This document shows, piece by piece, positions 37,422 through 50,200 of a stretch of DNA of 62,382 nt. The DNA comes from Trypethelium eluteriae (Eukaryota), in contig JAVECL010000073.1 of assembly GCA_051942245.1 (NCBI GenBank), positions 1 through 62,382 on the forward strand, given 5' to 3'. The notes under the pieces are model-generated. The model ran no database searches. It saw only the letters and a list, made by a program, of their open reading frames with translations, and was not told the origin of the DNA. Within the stretch, counting starts at the first letter, position 1. Every line of letters begins with the position of its first letter. The position numbers and the translations under genes were made by a program.

Positions 37422-38867
37422 ATGACGATCATGGCGACCAAATTTGCTTCGCAAGTTCATCTATCACTCAACCGTATGGGCTTGGCCCGCATTGATGAAA
37501 GCCCTCCCGGCTGTATTGAGGTGGCAAACGAGCTTCTGCAAGCAAACCACAACAAGCACCACATGTTCTTTCGAGATGTCGCCGGCCATAACCATATACC
37601 TCACTCAATACTGACTGTCCTGGCTATGGGGGGCGGCCCGAAGGAATTGAAGAGGGCCTATGACGATAGCGAAGCATTCCAACAACCACTACTCCCTGTA
37701 GATCACCAAGTTGTCCATGAGCTCCGGGATCCCGACAAATTTCTAGCAAGAATGCAACAGTTGTCTGAATATCCGAACTTTCTACACTTCTTCGAGCAAG
37801 AAATTGAAGCCAAGAGCTGGCAGGCCGTTGTCAATGAATACTGCTTCAGTCGCACTCCTCTAGCCGATACAATGCTTTCCCAGCTATTCGAAGGCCTTTA
37901 TCATCCCATCATTCATATGGCCTATGGCATCGAGTTTGATCAGCCCAGCATCGTCGCTGAGGGTCTCGCGCAGGCGGCCTCCCACAACCCAGGGCACGTT
38001 GACGAGTTCTTCAATCGCAGTGAGCAGCTGGCGCGCTCTGGCTCCGTAAAAGCGAAACCACTCAAGGATCTTTACGCGGAGGTCCATGCTAGCGAGAAGA
38101 TTCGGGCGTCTACATGGCTCAAGGACGGGCCTTTGCGTTCACAAGGCGTGTTGAAGCGTGCCATGGAGGACTTGGCGGCTGTGGCAGCGCAGTTCCAGAT
38201 TGCACCTACCGATTTGGAGCGAGGCAAGGCTGAGATGATCAGCTGTGGAGCATTCACGAGTGCGGGTCAGAAAGCTGGCAAGATGTGTAAGATTGACTTT
38301 TTCTACCTTCATATTGTCACCTGCTCTATTATGGTCGATGTAATGCTGCGGGAATCATGGATCACGCTCGAGAACAAGGCGCGCTTAATTGAATGGAAGG
38401 GCCGACTGGACCTTGTGTGGTACGCATCCAGTGGTGCGGCTGATTTGCGAGCCAAACATATCACCGCGTACACGCCAACGTTGAGTAAAGGGATGGACTG
38501 GCATTCGATGTACAAGGCGTCGAACGACATCCACGATGACGGACACATTGTTAAATTTATTCGGGCCCTGAAGAATGGTGAGGACGTGGTGAAACCCTTT
38601 GAGCAGAGCCAAGACACCGCTACCTTCCCAGTCACGGGCGACATGTGGCTCAAAATTGCACAGATGTGCTACGATGGAACTGCGACCATTGGGCCTGAGA
38701 GTCCACATGAGTTATCAAAGAAATGGGTATGGGGTGCTGGATTTGATCTGCCGTGGATGAAGGTCCCAGACCTGAATTCTATTGCTATGAAGTCAGATCC
38801 TGGTTCACTGGGCTCTATGGATACTGCCCAGAACATAGCAGAGTGGGTCGCCTCAGCTAAGGCTTGA
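37422..38867 (+). CDS. mdpL: Anthraquinone ring-cleaving oxygenase (questin oxidase; AflY/MdpL/GedK/NsrF/BTG13 family)
   Basis: 481-aa ORF with family motifs HHMFFRDVAGHNHIPH, GLYHPIIHMAYGIEF, AEGLAQAA, IDFFYLHIVT, EWKGRLDL, DDGHIVKFIRAL and KWVWGAGF. Confidence 0.92.
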   Translation: MTIMATKFASQVHLSLNRMGLARIDESPPGCIEVANELLQANHNKHHMFFRDVAGHNHIPHSILTVLAMGGGPKELKRAYDDSEAFQQPLLPVDHQVVHELRDPDKFLARMQQLSEYPNFLHFFEQEIEAKSWQAVVNEYCFSRTPLADTMLSQLFEGLYHPIIHMAYGIEFDQPSIVAEGLAQAASHNPGHVDEFFNRSEQLARSGSVKAKPLKDLYAEVHASEKIRASTWLKDGPLRSQGVLKRAMEDLAAVAAQFQIAPTDLERGKAEMISCGAFTSAGQKAGKMCKIDFFYLHIVTCSIMVDVMLRESWITLENKARLIEWKGRLDLVWYASSGAADLRAKHITAYTPTLSKGMDWHSMYKASNDIHDDGHIVKFIRALKNGEDVVKPFEQSQDTATFPVTGDMWLKIAQMCYDGTATIGPESPHELSKKWVWGAGFDLPWMKVPDLNSIAMKSDPGSLGSMDTAQNIAEWVASAKA

Positions 38868-39570
38868 ACGAAGTCGACTAGTGCTTGTGAAGTGAATCAT
38901 ATATTTGATTGCGCGTTAAACATGTTCACATTGGTCTCCGTTCCTACCGATTTGCCTACTTATCGTGATAAGTAAGCAGAGGAGAGTTTTGTTACAGTCT
39001 GAATGCAGGGGCTCACTTGCTGAGAATCAATGGGTTTTAATCAAATCAATTTTCCGTAGACACGAGTTATACAAACGCAAAATTGGGTAAAGAGGAAAAG
39101 GTTTACAGCTATGGCAGGTGCCACAACATTTGCCATGGTCCCTTTTACCTTGATGATGATGGACCCAACCAACGATACCATGTTATGATGTTCCGTCTGG
39201 AAGCATCAACAACAGGATCGATATCGACAGCAAAATCTCAATTCCGTGCGTGAGCTAGTGATGAAATGGTATTGGCTGCATGTTGCTCGCTCTCTGTTGT
39301 CCTTAGCCGGGGCAACCCTTGGCCTGTCGGATATCGTGGACGACCTCGGTGGATAGAGCAGCGGGAATCGGTAGATAGCAAACTCGTGATATAGCGGTGG
39401 CACTCTAATCACCGAATGTACATTCAAACAGGGTCACCGAATTGAAATAGTTTTTTTTAATCGTACCGATTAGCTTTTTGGATTATGCCGATTTTCTTTT
39501 GCATCAGACGAACAATATTGATCCCTGCGGGCTTGGTAGCTTTACTCGGATGACCTCGAGCGAAGCGAAG

Positions 39571-39600
39571 AGAGTACGATAGAGTACGATAGAATACGAT
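39571..39600. repeat. 10-bp tandem repeat x3
   Basis: agagtacgat agagtacgat agaatacgat. Confidence 0.7.
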
Positions 39601-39785
39601 AATTTAGAGCAGAGTACTCTATCCTTGTTTCAGGCTCTGGGTACCATACCTGTGCCTCTCGTATATCTGACTCGCTCTGCTCTACTACTCCAATCTGGAT
39701 CTGAGTCTTCTAAGGCACTCGGTAAATTGGTATTGGAAAGACCAGATCCAGAGCCATCCAATTCAATCGCAGCACTGCATTTTCA

Positions 39786-41195
39786 TTACATCCCAGGCAT
39801 TTCATGGACAACTGTACGTCCTCCCAATTCCTGTATCATCCAAGTTCCGTCAACCTCATGCACACACTGTTCAGGGTCCGCTTCGGATACCTGGACTTGT
39901 CTCGGTGACGGACGGTGGTCCGTTTCGTGGGCAATCAACCCAGGCCCCCTTGGACCTTCCCTTATCTCCAGTTTTTCATTTCTACTGCTCTCCAATGGCG
40001 GTCGCACTTGCAACGATGGAGCCGAATGGGATTGCAGCCATCGACGCACTTGCCAGAGGATGCCAATCATTACGGCAATGCCCGCAAAACCGCCAATGGC
40101 GGCCCCAGCAATCCAAGTCTTCTTTGCTCTCGGATGAGGTGATGGCAGAGCTGGGTTAGGCAGAGCTGGGTTAGGCACAGTCGGAATGTTTGGGGCTACT
40201 TGCGTCCGGGAAAGGTAATGAACAGCTTCGACATGGAAGAGAGTTGCGTTATGACCCTTGAGATAGCAATTCTGATACCCGTTTGACATGTTTTCAGTGG
40301 CAAATACAACACCGATGCAGGGTGAAGTGGACGTGTTGGCGTACAAGGCGCACATATCGGCACAAGCACTCATGTTTTGCGCATAATTGGTGGCGAGGTC
40401 TGGTGCGTTATTGTTTGCATTACAGGCAATGTCGAACTCGGCTCCCGGTCTTGATGGTGAGTCGTACGTTGTTCCGTTTGTACAGCTTGAGTTAACATCC
40501 CAAGTAGTCGTATCAAGGATCGCCATATGCCTCGTGTCGACAGGGCTATCATAGGTGGCCAGACTCTCCACGCTCACATTACTCTTGGGGTAGCAGTTAC
40601 CATACCCCATATTCATTGATGGTACGTAAGTGACAGCCATGCACAAAGGATGAGTTGCACCACACAGATTCATACAGTCGTACAAGCTATCGGCGTGCAT
40701 GGGGCAAAGGTTGGTACCTGTCGAATATGTTGGCGATCTCGACGGACAAAAGTCGTCAACAAGAACCATATCAGTGTAGCAGAGTATTTTATATCGGCTG
40801 TCATCAGCTGCAGACTGTGTGGTTCCGTTTTGATATGGACATGACGTGTCTAGACGATTGACGTTGACCGTAATAGCACTGTCGACCCAATCACTGGACT
40901 CATATTTCTCATCCAACACGGTGCTGTTCTTGCAGTGACATATTCCAGGGCTCTCGGAAAAATCCCAGGCCACTCCATACGCAACTGTGGTTGTACTGAA
41001 GGAACAGTATACCATGCAGTCTGTCAGATCAGTGATGTTGTCTTGCTGGGCAGCAAGGAAGTCGTTTGACGGAAAATCTCTCCTACAGCCTGCGCTGCCG
41101 AAGGTCGTGCTAAACATCTGACCAATAGGGGTGGTGAAGTTACCGCTTGGGCAAGCACTTGAGGCACGACTTGTGAGGGTATCTAAGGTAAACAT
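39786..41195 (-). CDS. Single-pass membrane protein with about three Cys-rich PAN/apple-like modules
   Basis: Repeated pattern DC(M)xxC...C.(A/G)V.(Y/F/W)...CY.K, Ser/Thr-rich spacers, a PNPAL repeat linker, TM segment WIAGAAIGGFAGIAVMIGILW, and a tail with HE(V/M)xG motifs typical of fungal cell-surface sensors. Confidence 0.7.
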   Translation of the reverse strand: MFTLDTLTSRASSACPSGNFTTPIGQMFSTTFGSAGCRRDFPSNDFLAAQQDNITDLTDCMVYCSFSTTTVAYGVAWDFSESPGICHCKNSTVLDEKYESSDWVDSAITVNVNRLDTSCPYQNGTTQSAADDSRYKILCYTDMVLVDDFCPSRSPTYSTGTNLCPMHADSLYDCMNLCGATHPLCMAVTYVPSMNMGYGNCYPKSNVSVESLATYDSPVDTRHMAILDTTTWDVNSSCTNGTTYDSPSRPGAEFDIACNANNNAPDLATNYAQNMSACADMCALYANTSTSPCIGVVFATENMSNGYQNCYLKGHNATLFHVEAVHYLSRTQVAPNIPTVPNPALPNPALPSPHPRAKKTWIAGAAIGGFAGIAVMIGILWQVRRWLQSHSAPSLQVRPPLESSRNEKLEIREGPRGPGLIAHETDHRPSPRQVQVSEADPEQCVHEVDGTWMIQELGGRTVVHEMPGM

Positions 41196-42700
41196 GATCA
41201 GCTTAAAGCAGTTACAATCCCACTTGATTTGTGACCCTTGCAATAAAAGTCTATTCGATTTCCCATCTTCAAGCTATCTTTGCACCGAGGATGTTGAGTA
41301 TTCACCACACGTCTTGATCAGACCTACAGATTTTCAGGAGATACAAAGCTTGCACAGAGCATTTCACATGAGCCTATCAAATATTGAACCCACTCTTCGA
41401 AGTATCCGAGAACGTCTCCAGAGCTTCGAGAGTAAGGGAGGCCTTCGTGAATATGGGTCTAGAGACAAGGGGAAGCATGAAGATGAAATTCATTGGAACG
41501 GATATTTGGAGAATGATAATCTCTGGGGAATCAACAGTATTTTTCTGCTCAAGGAAATGATCAATTTGTATTGAACAGCAAGTACGAACGGGTTAGGGCT
41601 CGGCTTGGAGAAGATGGAAAGCAAAGGAAAATTTAAATTCGCTGGGCGCCACAATAATTACAAATCTTATTGCCTTTTGTTCGGCTTTTGCTAATATAAG
41701 GAGGCCAACGCGGATTGCTCTGCGTGCAGTTCCTGCAAGTCTACGTTTATTTTTTCGGCCGTATGAGGCAGTTTTGCTCAGGCAACTCACTTCATAACCC
41801 TTGAAACACCAGCTGTCTTGTTGGTACTACTACAGCTGAGTTGACTGGAGGTCCAGAACCTGAAGATTTTGCCCGGGCTGGCACTCTACAAAAGGCCCAC
41901 TAGACGATTTTAATAACGTGGAGCCTTGGATCCAAAGCTCGGACCTGGTTGAGGAGAGGTGATTGATTGGCAATGAACTCAGCAGGCGTCGCTCCCGCTC
42001 GATAGTTTACTCCGGTTCCTTTGACAAGCAGCCTTGAAGGTCGAAAGGTTTGAAGAGCTTCAAGCTCAGTTTGAGCTTTTCAAAGTAGGGATTCATTGGA
42101 CAATGTGAGATGCAACCGATTGGATGAAGCTTTATCATCGTTCTTTCTCTGGGACTAGAGAGGAGAAGCAAGGCAAGTGAAACGCATCGAACCGACATTC
42201 TTTTCGTCTAATTCGATGGGTTCTGCATCGATCGGATGACGAAATTGAGAAAAGCCGGTATGTGACTGTGATGGGTAATATTTACGTAAGCGAGACTTAG
42301 CTATACTTCTGAGTTTAGCGCTGGGTCATAAGTGGTAGGAAAATACCGCCACAAGAAACACTACCGCCCCCATTAATAATGAAAGGTATAGTAAATGGCT
42401 GTAATGAAACGGATGACAGTCGGGTCATTCCGGACATTCCGGACATTTTGAGTGGGGAACTAATCGAAGGCGGAGTCAAGTACAATCGTGCTTTCATCGT
42501 CAGAGACACAAATAATGTATGCTCAGAACAATACCATTTCTATGTATCTCTGCTTTCTGGAGTGACCACTCCCATACTATGTCGGACGAAGGAGTTCGTA
42601 TTTAGCAATTATCTTTATCTCAAAACGATTCAGAAACTTTTTCAAGCAGTCTCCGATGCACAGAATAGAAAGTTTCAGCACTTAGTAGGCTCCAGATGTT

Positions 42701-44816
42701 TTATGCTCCATTGACTTTGGCTTCTAGATTGGCAACAACATGACTCCGGCTATCAGGTCCATCAGGTGGTGCTCCATTCGGCTCAAGAGACCTCATGTCC
42801 TGGTGAAGTGTGTCCGCGTTCGCACGTTTTGGGCGAAAGGGAAGAGGTGTACCAGGTCTGCTGGACAAGAACTGTAGAATAGTCAGCATTCACCTTACTT
42901 TTATGTCTTAAGTAGAACGTTGAAGAGCTGAAAGAGCACTCTAGGAAATTTCTTAGAGGGACTCACCGACGACGCCGCGGATAATAAAGCTTGTAGAGAT
43001 CCTTGGACAACATCATGGTGGATACCCACGCCCCAGACCTTTTCCCTCGACTGTGGTGAAGAGCACTCGATATAAGTGGCAGCCTTCGTTTCCGAACCAA
43101 ATCCGATGGAATGCTCCTTGTAGTCCGCAACTTCCAATTCAATGCCCACTGACATTAACGCGTTCGCTAACGACGATAGCGCACCGTTACCAATACCTTT
43201 GATAGTATGCTGTAGACTGTCAATTTCAATAACACCAGAAAATCTCCGCTTAAGGTTTTTTGTGTTTTGAGTCTTTCCAGGTTCGGGTGGCGCGGGCGAA
43301 GCGCTACGATCAGTGGTGATATCATAATCCACCAAACTAAATCTTGGATTGCGGTCTAGATGGTATGCGTCCACGAAAAGGCGCTTGATCTCTTCCGCCT
43401 GTAGTTCACGTCCAAGCTGGTCAGTCTCCCTTTGCACGATCTTGCTGAAGGCGATCTGTAAGCCTCTGGGAAGGTCGAGCTCAAGAGTTCGGAGAATGAT
43501 CCAGGCAACCCCGCCTTTACCGCTCTGGCTATTGACTCTAATGATTGCTTCATATGTGCGTCCAATATCCTTAGGGTCAAGTGGTAGATATGGCATTCGC
43601 CATGGGTCCTCAGGCTTGGCACCGCTAGCTTCTCGTGACATAAAGCCTTTCTTGATGGCATCCTGGTGACTGCCAGAAAATGCAGAGCAGACAAGCTGAC
43701 CACCGTATGGGGCACGAGCAGGGACAGGAATTTTATTGCTCTTCTCGACAATGTCGATGACCGAGTTGATGTCTGAGAAATCAATCTTCGGATGTATGCC
43801 TTGGGTGTAGAGGTTCAAAGCCAAGGTGACAAGGTCAACATTTCCAGTCCTCTCGCCGTTGCCAAACAGGGTGCCCTCCACACGATCGGCGCCTGCCATT
43901 TGGGCAAGTTCTGCAGCAGCAACTGCGCAGCCGCGGTCATTGTGTGGATGGAGCGAAATACAGATCTTTTCTCGCTCAGTCATGTTTCTACAGAAATACT
44001 CAATTTGGTCTGCATAGACGTTCGGTGTTGACATCTCGACTGTGGCGGGCAAGTTGAAAACGAGAGGGTTGGATTCGCTGGGCTGCCACTCTTTCTTGAC
44101 GGCCTCACAGATTTCAATTATGAACTCGGGGTCTGAGTCGGAAAAAGTCTCGGGAGAAAACTCAAATGCCCACTCCGTCTCGGATGTTGACGGATCATCT
44201 TTTGTAATCGACCGTGCATAGCGTGTACAGTCAACAGCGAGAGCCTTACTCTGCGTGTTGGTCATGTTGAACACGATTTGTTGGAAGCAAGGGCTCGTGG
44301 CTAGGTAAAGGTGCAAAATGGCTTTCTTTGCGCCTTTGAGCGACTCCACCGTGCGTCTTATGAGCTCAGGTCGGCATGGAGAGAGGACTTGAAGCCAGAC
44401 ATCTTCAGGAACAATACCTGGTGTTCGAATGAGCCTTTGTGTGAAGTTAAACTCCGTTTCGGAGGCAGAGGGGAAGGAGACTTCGATTTCCTTGTAGCCA
44501 AGTCGAGTGAGCATCTGGAAATATCGCCATTTCTGATCACCGTCCTGTGCTACTGTGAGTACGTGACGCGTCTCGACGGAATTTTCCAGGAGACTCTTAG
44601 AACTGTACCATTGGATCAACGAGAGACTGGTTGCCATCTCTCAAATCCGTAGAAAGCCAGCGCGGGGGCTTGTCTAAAGTCTTGGAGGGCCATTGGCGAT
44701 CTGCTATGTGAAGGGGCGCAAATTTTCTGTATTTTTTGGACGGGTCCTCTAGCCTTATTGTCGAGTTAAGAATTGTAGAAATCCAATGCGAATGATTCTG
44801 AAGCGTACATTGGCAT
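42701..44816 (-). CDS. LEU4: 2-isopropylmalate synthase
   Basis: 8-nt first exon (ATGCCAAT) then LEDPSKKY...[53 protein letters not shown] and [13 protein letters not shown]. Confidence 0.96.
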
Positions 44817-45077
44817 GACGAAGTAGTAGTGTTAGTTCGGGATGTTTGGTTAGTGCCAGTGAGAGAGTCTTGGAAGGGACAAGATCGGCTTTTCAGATCG
44901 ATCGAACAAGGATAGTGACACTCGAAAGTTCTGTACAATGCAGATTGGGATGGTCTCGCTGTACAACTCGAGTTGCAACGCGTTTTTAACACTTTGAACA
45001 CTTTTAAGTGGGGCCGCGGGGTAGTCAATTGCGCCTATGCAGGCACTGCAGCGTGCCGCAATGTGTGACGAAACCGG

Positions 45078-45087
45078 CCGAAGTCGG
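45078..45087. promoter_or_regulatory. Candidate Leu3/LeuB binding site (CCG-N4-CGG)
   Basis: CCGAAGTCGG lies about 260 nt upstream of the LEU4 ATG and matches the known Leu3/LeuB everted-repeat consensus. Confidence 0.55.
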
Positions 45088-45490
45088 CGATCTAATTAGA
45101 ATGCTTCAATCTCAAACCTAAAATAGAAACATCGCTTACAGTACTGGATGGAAAGCCCCAAATGGTCGTAGAGCAGACGCTGTTCACTGTATTCTATATC
45201 TATGCAAGTATTTACGCCGGTTTAAAGTCTCCCTCAACCATGCTGACTCCACGCTGCTGATTCCATGCTGCTGTACTCCGTACAACTCCAGAGGATCGAC
45301 AGCGGCTAAACGCGGAAATGGGATATACACAAGACAAGATTGACAACCGCATCCGACAACGGAACCAAGCGGCGTACCACTTAGCATCTGCCATGACACA
45401 GTGGACCGTGCATATCTGCATTCGCAAAACAGGATTGCGGGTCAAAATGAGTCAAATTGGAACAGTACAAAGCCGAAGATAGCCAACATT

Positions 45491-46604
45491 TCAGAGCTTG
45501 CTCTGCTCTTGTTGACGGAGTCTAACCACCCCCTAAATGCATTCTCAGTATACGTTTGTAAAACCCTTTCGAAGCTAGCTTACCTCCTGTACGCATGTCG
45601 CAACCAACTTTCCCTTTTGTGTATAGATATGCTGGAACACTAAACCCCTTCCGTCTCCCGCCCAGGGACTGCTCATCTCCGTAAAGAGCCACTCGTCTGC
45701 ACGGAAATCCTTCGGTGCATGGAAGTATATTGTGTGATCCAAGCTGACCATCATACCTATCTCTGGCCTTGTTTCCATGGGGCTTTGGGCTACTTCCTGC
45801 TCCTCGAGGTCCCGCACGCTCTTGGAAACGTCATCGTCTATTTTGACTTTGTTGTTGTCGATGGGGCGAGAATTGCTGAAACGCCAGAGCCGATGTACTC
45901 GTGCTACAGTTCCAATGAAGTAGCTGTCCGACATGTATGCCAGCGCTTCGAGATGAGCGGCCTGGCCCCCGGATTCTGAGATTTTCCCTCGCGCTTTTAT
46001 CCATTGACGTGTCTTCTTAAGTTGTGGATACTTGGAACGATGGTTTGTAATATCTATCCTCTGACTTTGGAATGGTCCCTCAAGACCCTGCGGGAATCTT
46101 TGGCTTCCATTTTCTTTGACCGGCTGGGGAACATCATCCATCTCCACCGAGTGCTTTACCAGTTCTTTTCCACCACTGCCTTCTCTCATGAAGCTCATTG
46201 TCGTCGTGAATATTGGTTGACCCCTTTGCCTCGCCTGCACAGTTCGCGTGCAGAAACTCTTCCCTTCTCTTACGCGTTCGACGTGATATATGATTGGAAT
46301 CTCCGAGCTGCCGTTGAGAACAAAATAGCAATGCATAGAGTGTATATTGAAGTTGTCTGGGACAGTGCGCATGGCAGCGCTGAGGCATTGGGCTATGACG
46401 GCGCCGCCGTAGACACCCCGAGCACCAGGCGGGTGCCATAATGGTTGTTTGTTCGTAAAGAGATTCTAGATACGTTTAGTGACTGCTAAATCGCAAAGGA
46501 ACGTGACTCACAGGGTCGATGTCCGATAGACGAAACAGCTCAAGTACACTTTCAATGGACGACTTTTCTGGATCGGGGGGCGGTGGTCTAATGAGTGTAG
46601 CCAT
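45491..46604 (-). CDS. TES1: Peroxisomal acyl-CoA thioesterase II (TesB/Tes1/ACOT8)
   Basis: LWHPPGARGVYGGAVIAQCL, HSMHCYFVL, VERVREGKSFCTRTVQARQ, LAYMSDSYFI and MMVSLDHTIYFH. The last exon GVVRLRQQEQSKL* ends in a PTS1 signal. Confidence 0.95.
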
Positions 46605-47265
46605 GGCCAAACGATTGGAAATGGTATGTTGGACCGGGTAAAGAAGAAAACGAGAAGTCTAAGATGCTAGCTACCTGCCTCTCATATTTACAAGGTCGAT
46701 ACAAGAGCACAATCACCAAACATGTGCAAGGGGTCCGCAATGACGGAAAGCTGGGTCTTTGAAGCCGAGGTATAGTCGGCAACGTGCACCCTTAGAGAGC
46801 AGTCCGCATGAGAGGCCCTCGAGCGCCACGATCCGAGGCCAGGGCGTCCCTTGCTGGTAGGTAGGTTTGGCGAATCGACTTGGTCGACTGGTGGAATATG
46901 CAAGTTGAGGCTCCGCGAGTTGTCAAGCGCTAATTTTACCGTTTTAAGGTCTGGTAAGCTGGGAGGCTTTGCGATAACTCGGTCAAGACTGGAGGGTTTT
47001 CCCCACCAACTGATTTGGGCTAGGTACATCGTCATTGTCACTCTTTCACTTTGTGTAAAGGACCCAATCCGAGCGCCGCTTTCCATTGACACTTACAGCG
47101 AGGGGTCTTGTTGGGTCCGCGTTACTTCTCACCCCATGCCACCAAAGCTCTCGTGATCGCGGTTTCAGCGCGCATCAACTCCTGGGCAAATGAGTTGAGG
47201 GAGTAGGGTATCCGAGGTCGACGTCCTGACCGTTCCTGACCACACATCGCGTCTCTACCGTCAAC

Positions 47266-50200
47266 ATGGCCGATCAACATCCTGAGTTGCAGGTAAAGCT
47301 GGCTGAGCTTGATCATGAGCTGGAGGTACGCTGAAACATCTGGGCGCGCGCCTTCTTCCTTCGACACGTGCTGACTTCAAGGTTTTCCGTAGGAAGGCGA
47401 TATTACTAAGAAGGGGTATGATGACGCCTTCTTTCTTCTTTCTGACCTTTCGAATGGACCTTTGGTCGCAGATGCGCAGATTGTGCGCCTGACACTGGCT
47501 TCAAAATGGCTGACAATAGATTTTGCATAGATATGAGAAACGACGGACCTTCTTATTCGATCAATATCTTGGAATAGGTAATGGTGAACAATCGACGACG
47601 ACGACTTTCACATCGGCGACCTCGAACGTCTCCCCAAATGGAGGCAGAGTACCATCGTTCTCCCAGCGCTCGCCTCACCAGGCCTACAAACCATATTCCC
47701 CCGAGAATGCCACTCAATATTCGCATGCATCACTGGGACCTGGTGGACCTGGTGGATATGCTGGTAGGCCCCTGACACCGGCGTCAGAACTGGGTATCCC
47801 TCCAATGAACTCCCACCGAAGACAGTCGTCATTGGGATTTTCAGATACAAGGCCAGACAGTGCGAACAGCTACAGTCCGTCACGGACTGGTACCATGATG
47901 AACTCAGACTATGCGTTTAATCCAGAAAAGGCCGGTTACAATGATCAACAAGGAGGCTATGGGTCACCAGATGGCAATAGTAGATTGAGTACAATGATGG
48001 ATTCTCAGGGATATTTTTCGGATTTTGCTGGGCAACAGATGCAAGAGCCTCGAGATAGCTACGGAGGTCCAAATCGATATTCGTCTGGAAATGAAGCCTT
48101 TTCACCGAGTGCCAATATACCCCCTCCTTTGCTAAGTGGGCAAGACATACCACAAATCCAACATCAGCTACCATTAGAACCTCGAGAAGTGCCGTTCGCA
48201 GTCTTCGATCCCCATAACTCCAACGTTCAAATGTCCAAATTCGATAATATTGGCGCCGTTCTGAGGCATAGAGGGCGAACAAATGGGAAACAACCGGCTT
48301 ATTGGGTTTTAGACCAGAAAGGGAAAGAGACGGCATCAATCACATGGGAGAAGCTCACCAGTAGGGCGGAAAAGGTAGCGCAAGTCATCAGGGACAAGAG
48401 CAATCTGTATCGAGGTGATCGTGTAGCTTTGGTCTACCGGGACACAGAAATCATCGATTTTGCAGTTGCATTATTAGGCTGTTTTATTGCTGGTGTTGTG
48501 GCAGTCCCCATTAATGATGTGGACGACTATCAGAAACTCAGTCTCCTACTTACAACGACTCAAGCGCATCTTGCTCTAACCACGGATAACAATCTCAAGG
48601 CATTCCACCGTGATATTAACAATCACCGGCTAAAATGGCCAGCCGGGGTGGAATGGTGGAAGACAAACGAGTTTGGCAGTTATCATCCAAAGAAAAAGGA
48701 TGAAGCAGCCCCTCTTTCAGTACCAGACCTTGCTTACATTGAATTCTCCCGAGCTCCTACAGGAGATCTTCGAGGTGTTGTACTGAGTCATCGCACGATT
48801 ATGCATCAGATGGCGTGCATTAGCGCCATCATCTCTACAATTCCAGACAAGGAAAACAATGATACATTCAACCCTGCGCTTCGCGGAGGCAACGGCCAAC
48901 TGATGCGCCCTCAGCGAAGATCGGGAGAGATCATTCTCAGTTACTTGGATCCTCGCGAAGGCTGTGGTCTAATCTTGGGTGTGCTGTTCGGTGTCTATGG
49001 TGGTCATACAACTGTATGGCTTGAATCAAAGACTGTTGAAACACCAGGTCTCTACGCGCATCTGATTTCTAAATACAGTTCCACTATCATGGTGGCAGAT
49101 TATCCAGGTCTCAAACGTGCAGCGTACAACTACCAACAGGACCCAATGGCGACCCGAAACTACAAGAAGGGCACGGAACCTAATTTTGGCTCTGTCAAAA
49201 TCTGCCTCATCGATACCCTGACAGTAGATTGCGAATTCCATGAAATATTAGCGGACCGATGGCTTCGCCCGATGCGAAATCCTAGGGCGAGAGAACTAGT
49301 GGCGCCAATGCTGTGCCTACCTGAACATGGTGGGATGATTGTCAGCGTTCGCGATTGGTTGGGAGGTGAGGAACGTATGGGATGTCAGCTCTCCGCAGAG
49401 AATGAAGAGGAAGAGGAAGAAGACGAAAAGCCGTCAGGGAATGACACATCCAATGGTTACACATCTCTGATTGGAGGAGGTACAGCGAAGAAAAACAATC
49501 AGCGAAAATCTCGTGCTGGGCTCAGCGACGTGCTGCTGGATAAAGAAGCTCTAAAGACCAATGAAGTCAACGTCCTAGCGGTGGGCGAAGAGGCAAAAAA
49601 GAGAGCGAACGAACCCGGTGTCATCCGCGCAGGAGCATTTGGATTTCCTATCCCAGATGCGACACTAGCACTTGTGGATCCCGAAACACATCTGCTCTGC
49701 TCACCTTACATGATTGGAGAGATTTGGGTGGACTCGCCATCACTCTCTGGTGGTTTCTGGGCCTTACCAAAACATACAGAGACAATTTTTCATGCTCGGC
49801 CTTACAGATTCATGGAAGGCAACCCCACCCCAGTCACGATTGAGCCTGAGTTCTTACGAACCGGCTTGCTTGGATGCATCATTGAAGGTAAACTCTTTGT
49901 TCTCGGACTGTATGAAGACAGAATACGGCAGCGAGTGGAGTGGGTCGAGCATGGCGTACAGGAGCTAGAGCACCGTTACTTCTTTGTGCAACATTTGGTC
50001 TCGAGCATAATGAAGTCGGTGCTCAAGATCTATGATTGGTAAGCACTGAAGGCATCCATACATATAACCTTACACTAACAACGATCAGCTCTGCCTTCGA
50101 CGCTCATGTTAACGGTGAATTTCTCCCTATCATTCTTGTTGAAACCCAAGCTGCTTCAACCGCGCCAACTACAGCCGGTGGCCCACCCCGACAGCTGGAC

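Noticed and set aside
38954..38978. Inverted repeat (TACTTATC-GT-GATAAGTA) downstream of the MdpL-like gene
   Set aside because: A short AT-rich palindrome with a 2-nt loop. Eukaryotic context gives no basis for a terminator call, and chance occurrence is plausible.
45491..46604. TES1 as the cluster's product-releasing thioesterase
   Set aside because: It is a hotdog-fold peroxisomal acyl-CoA thioesterase ending in SKL. Emodin-type PKSs use metallo-beta-lactamase thioesterases.
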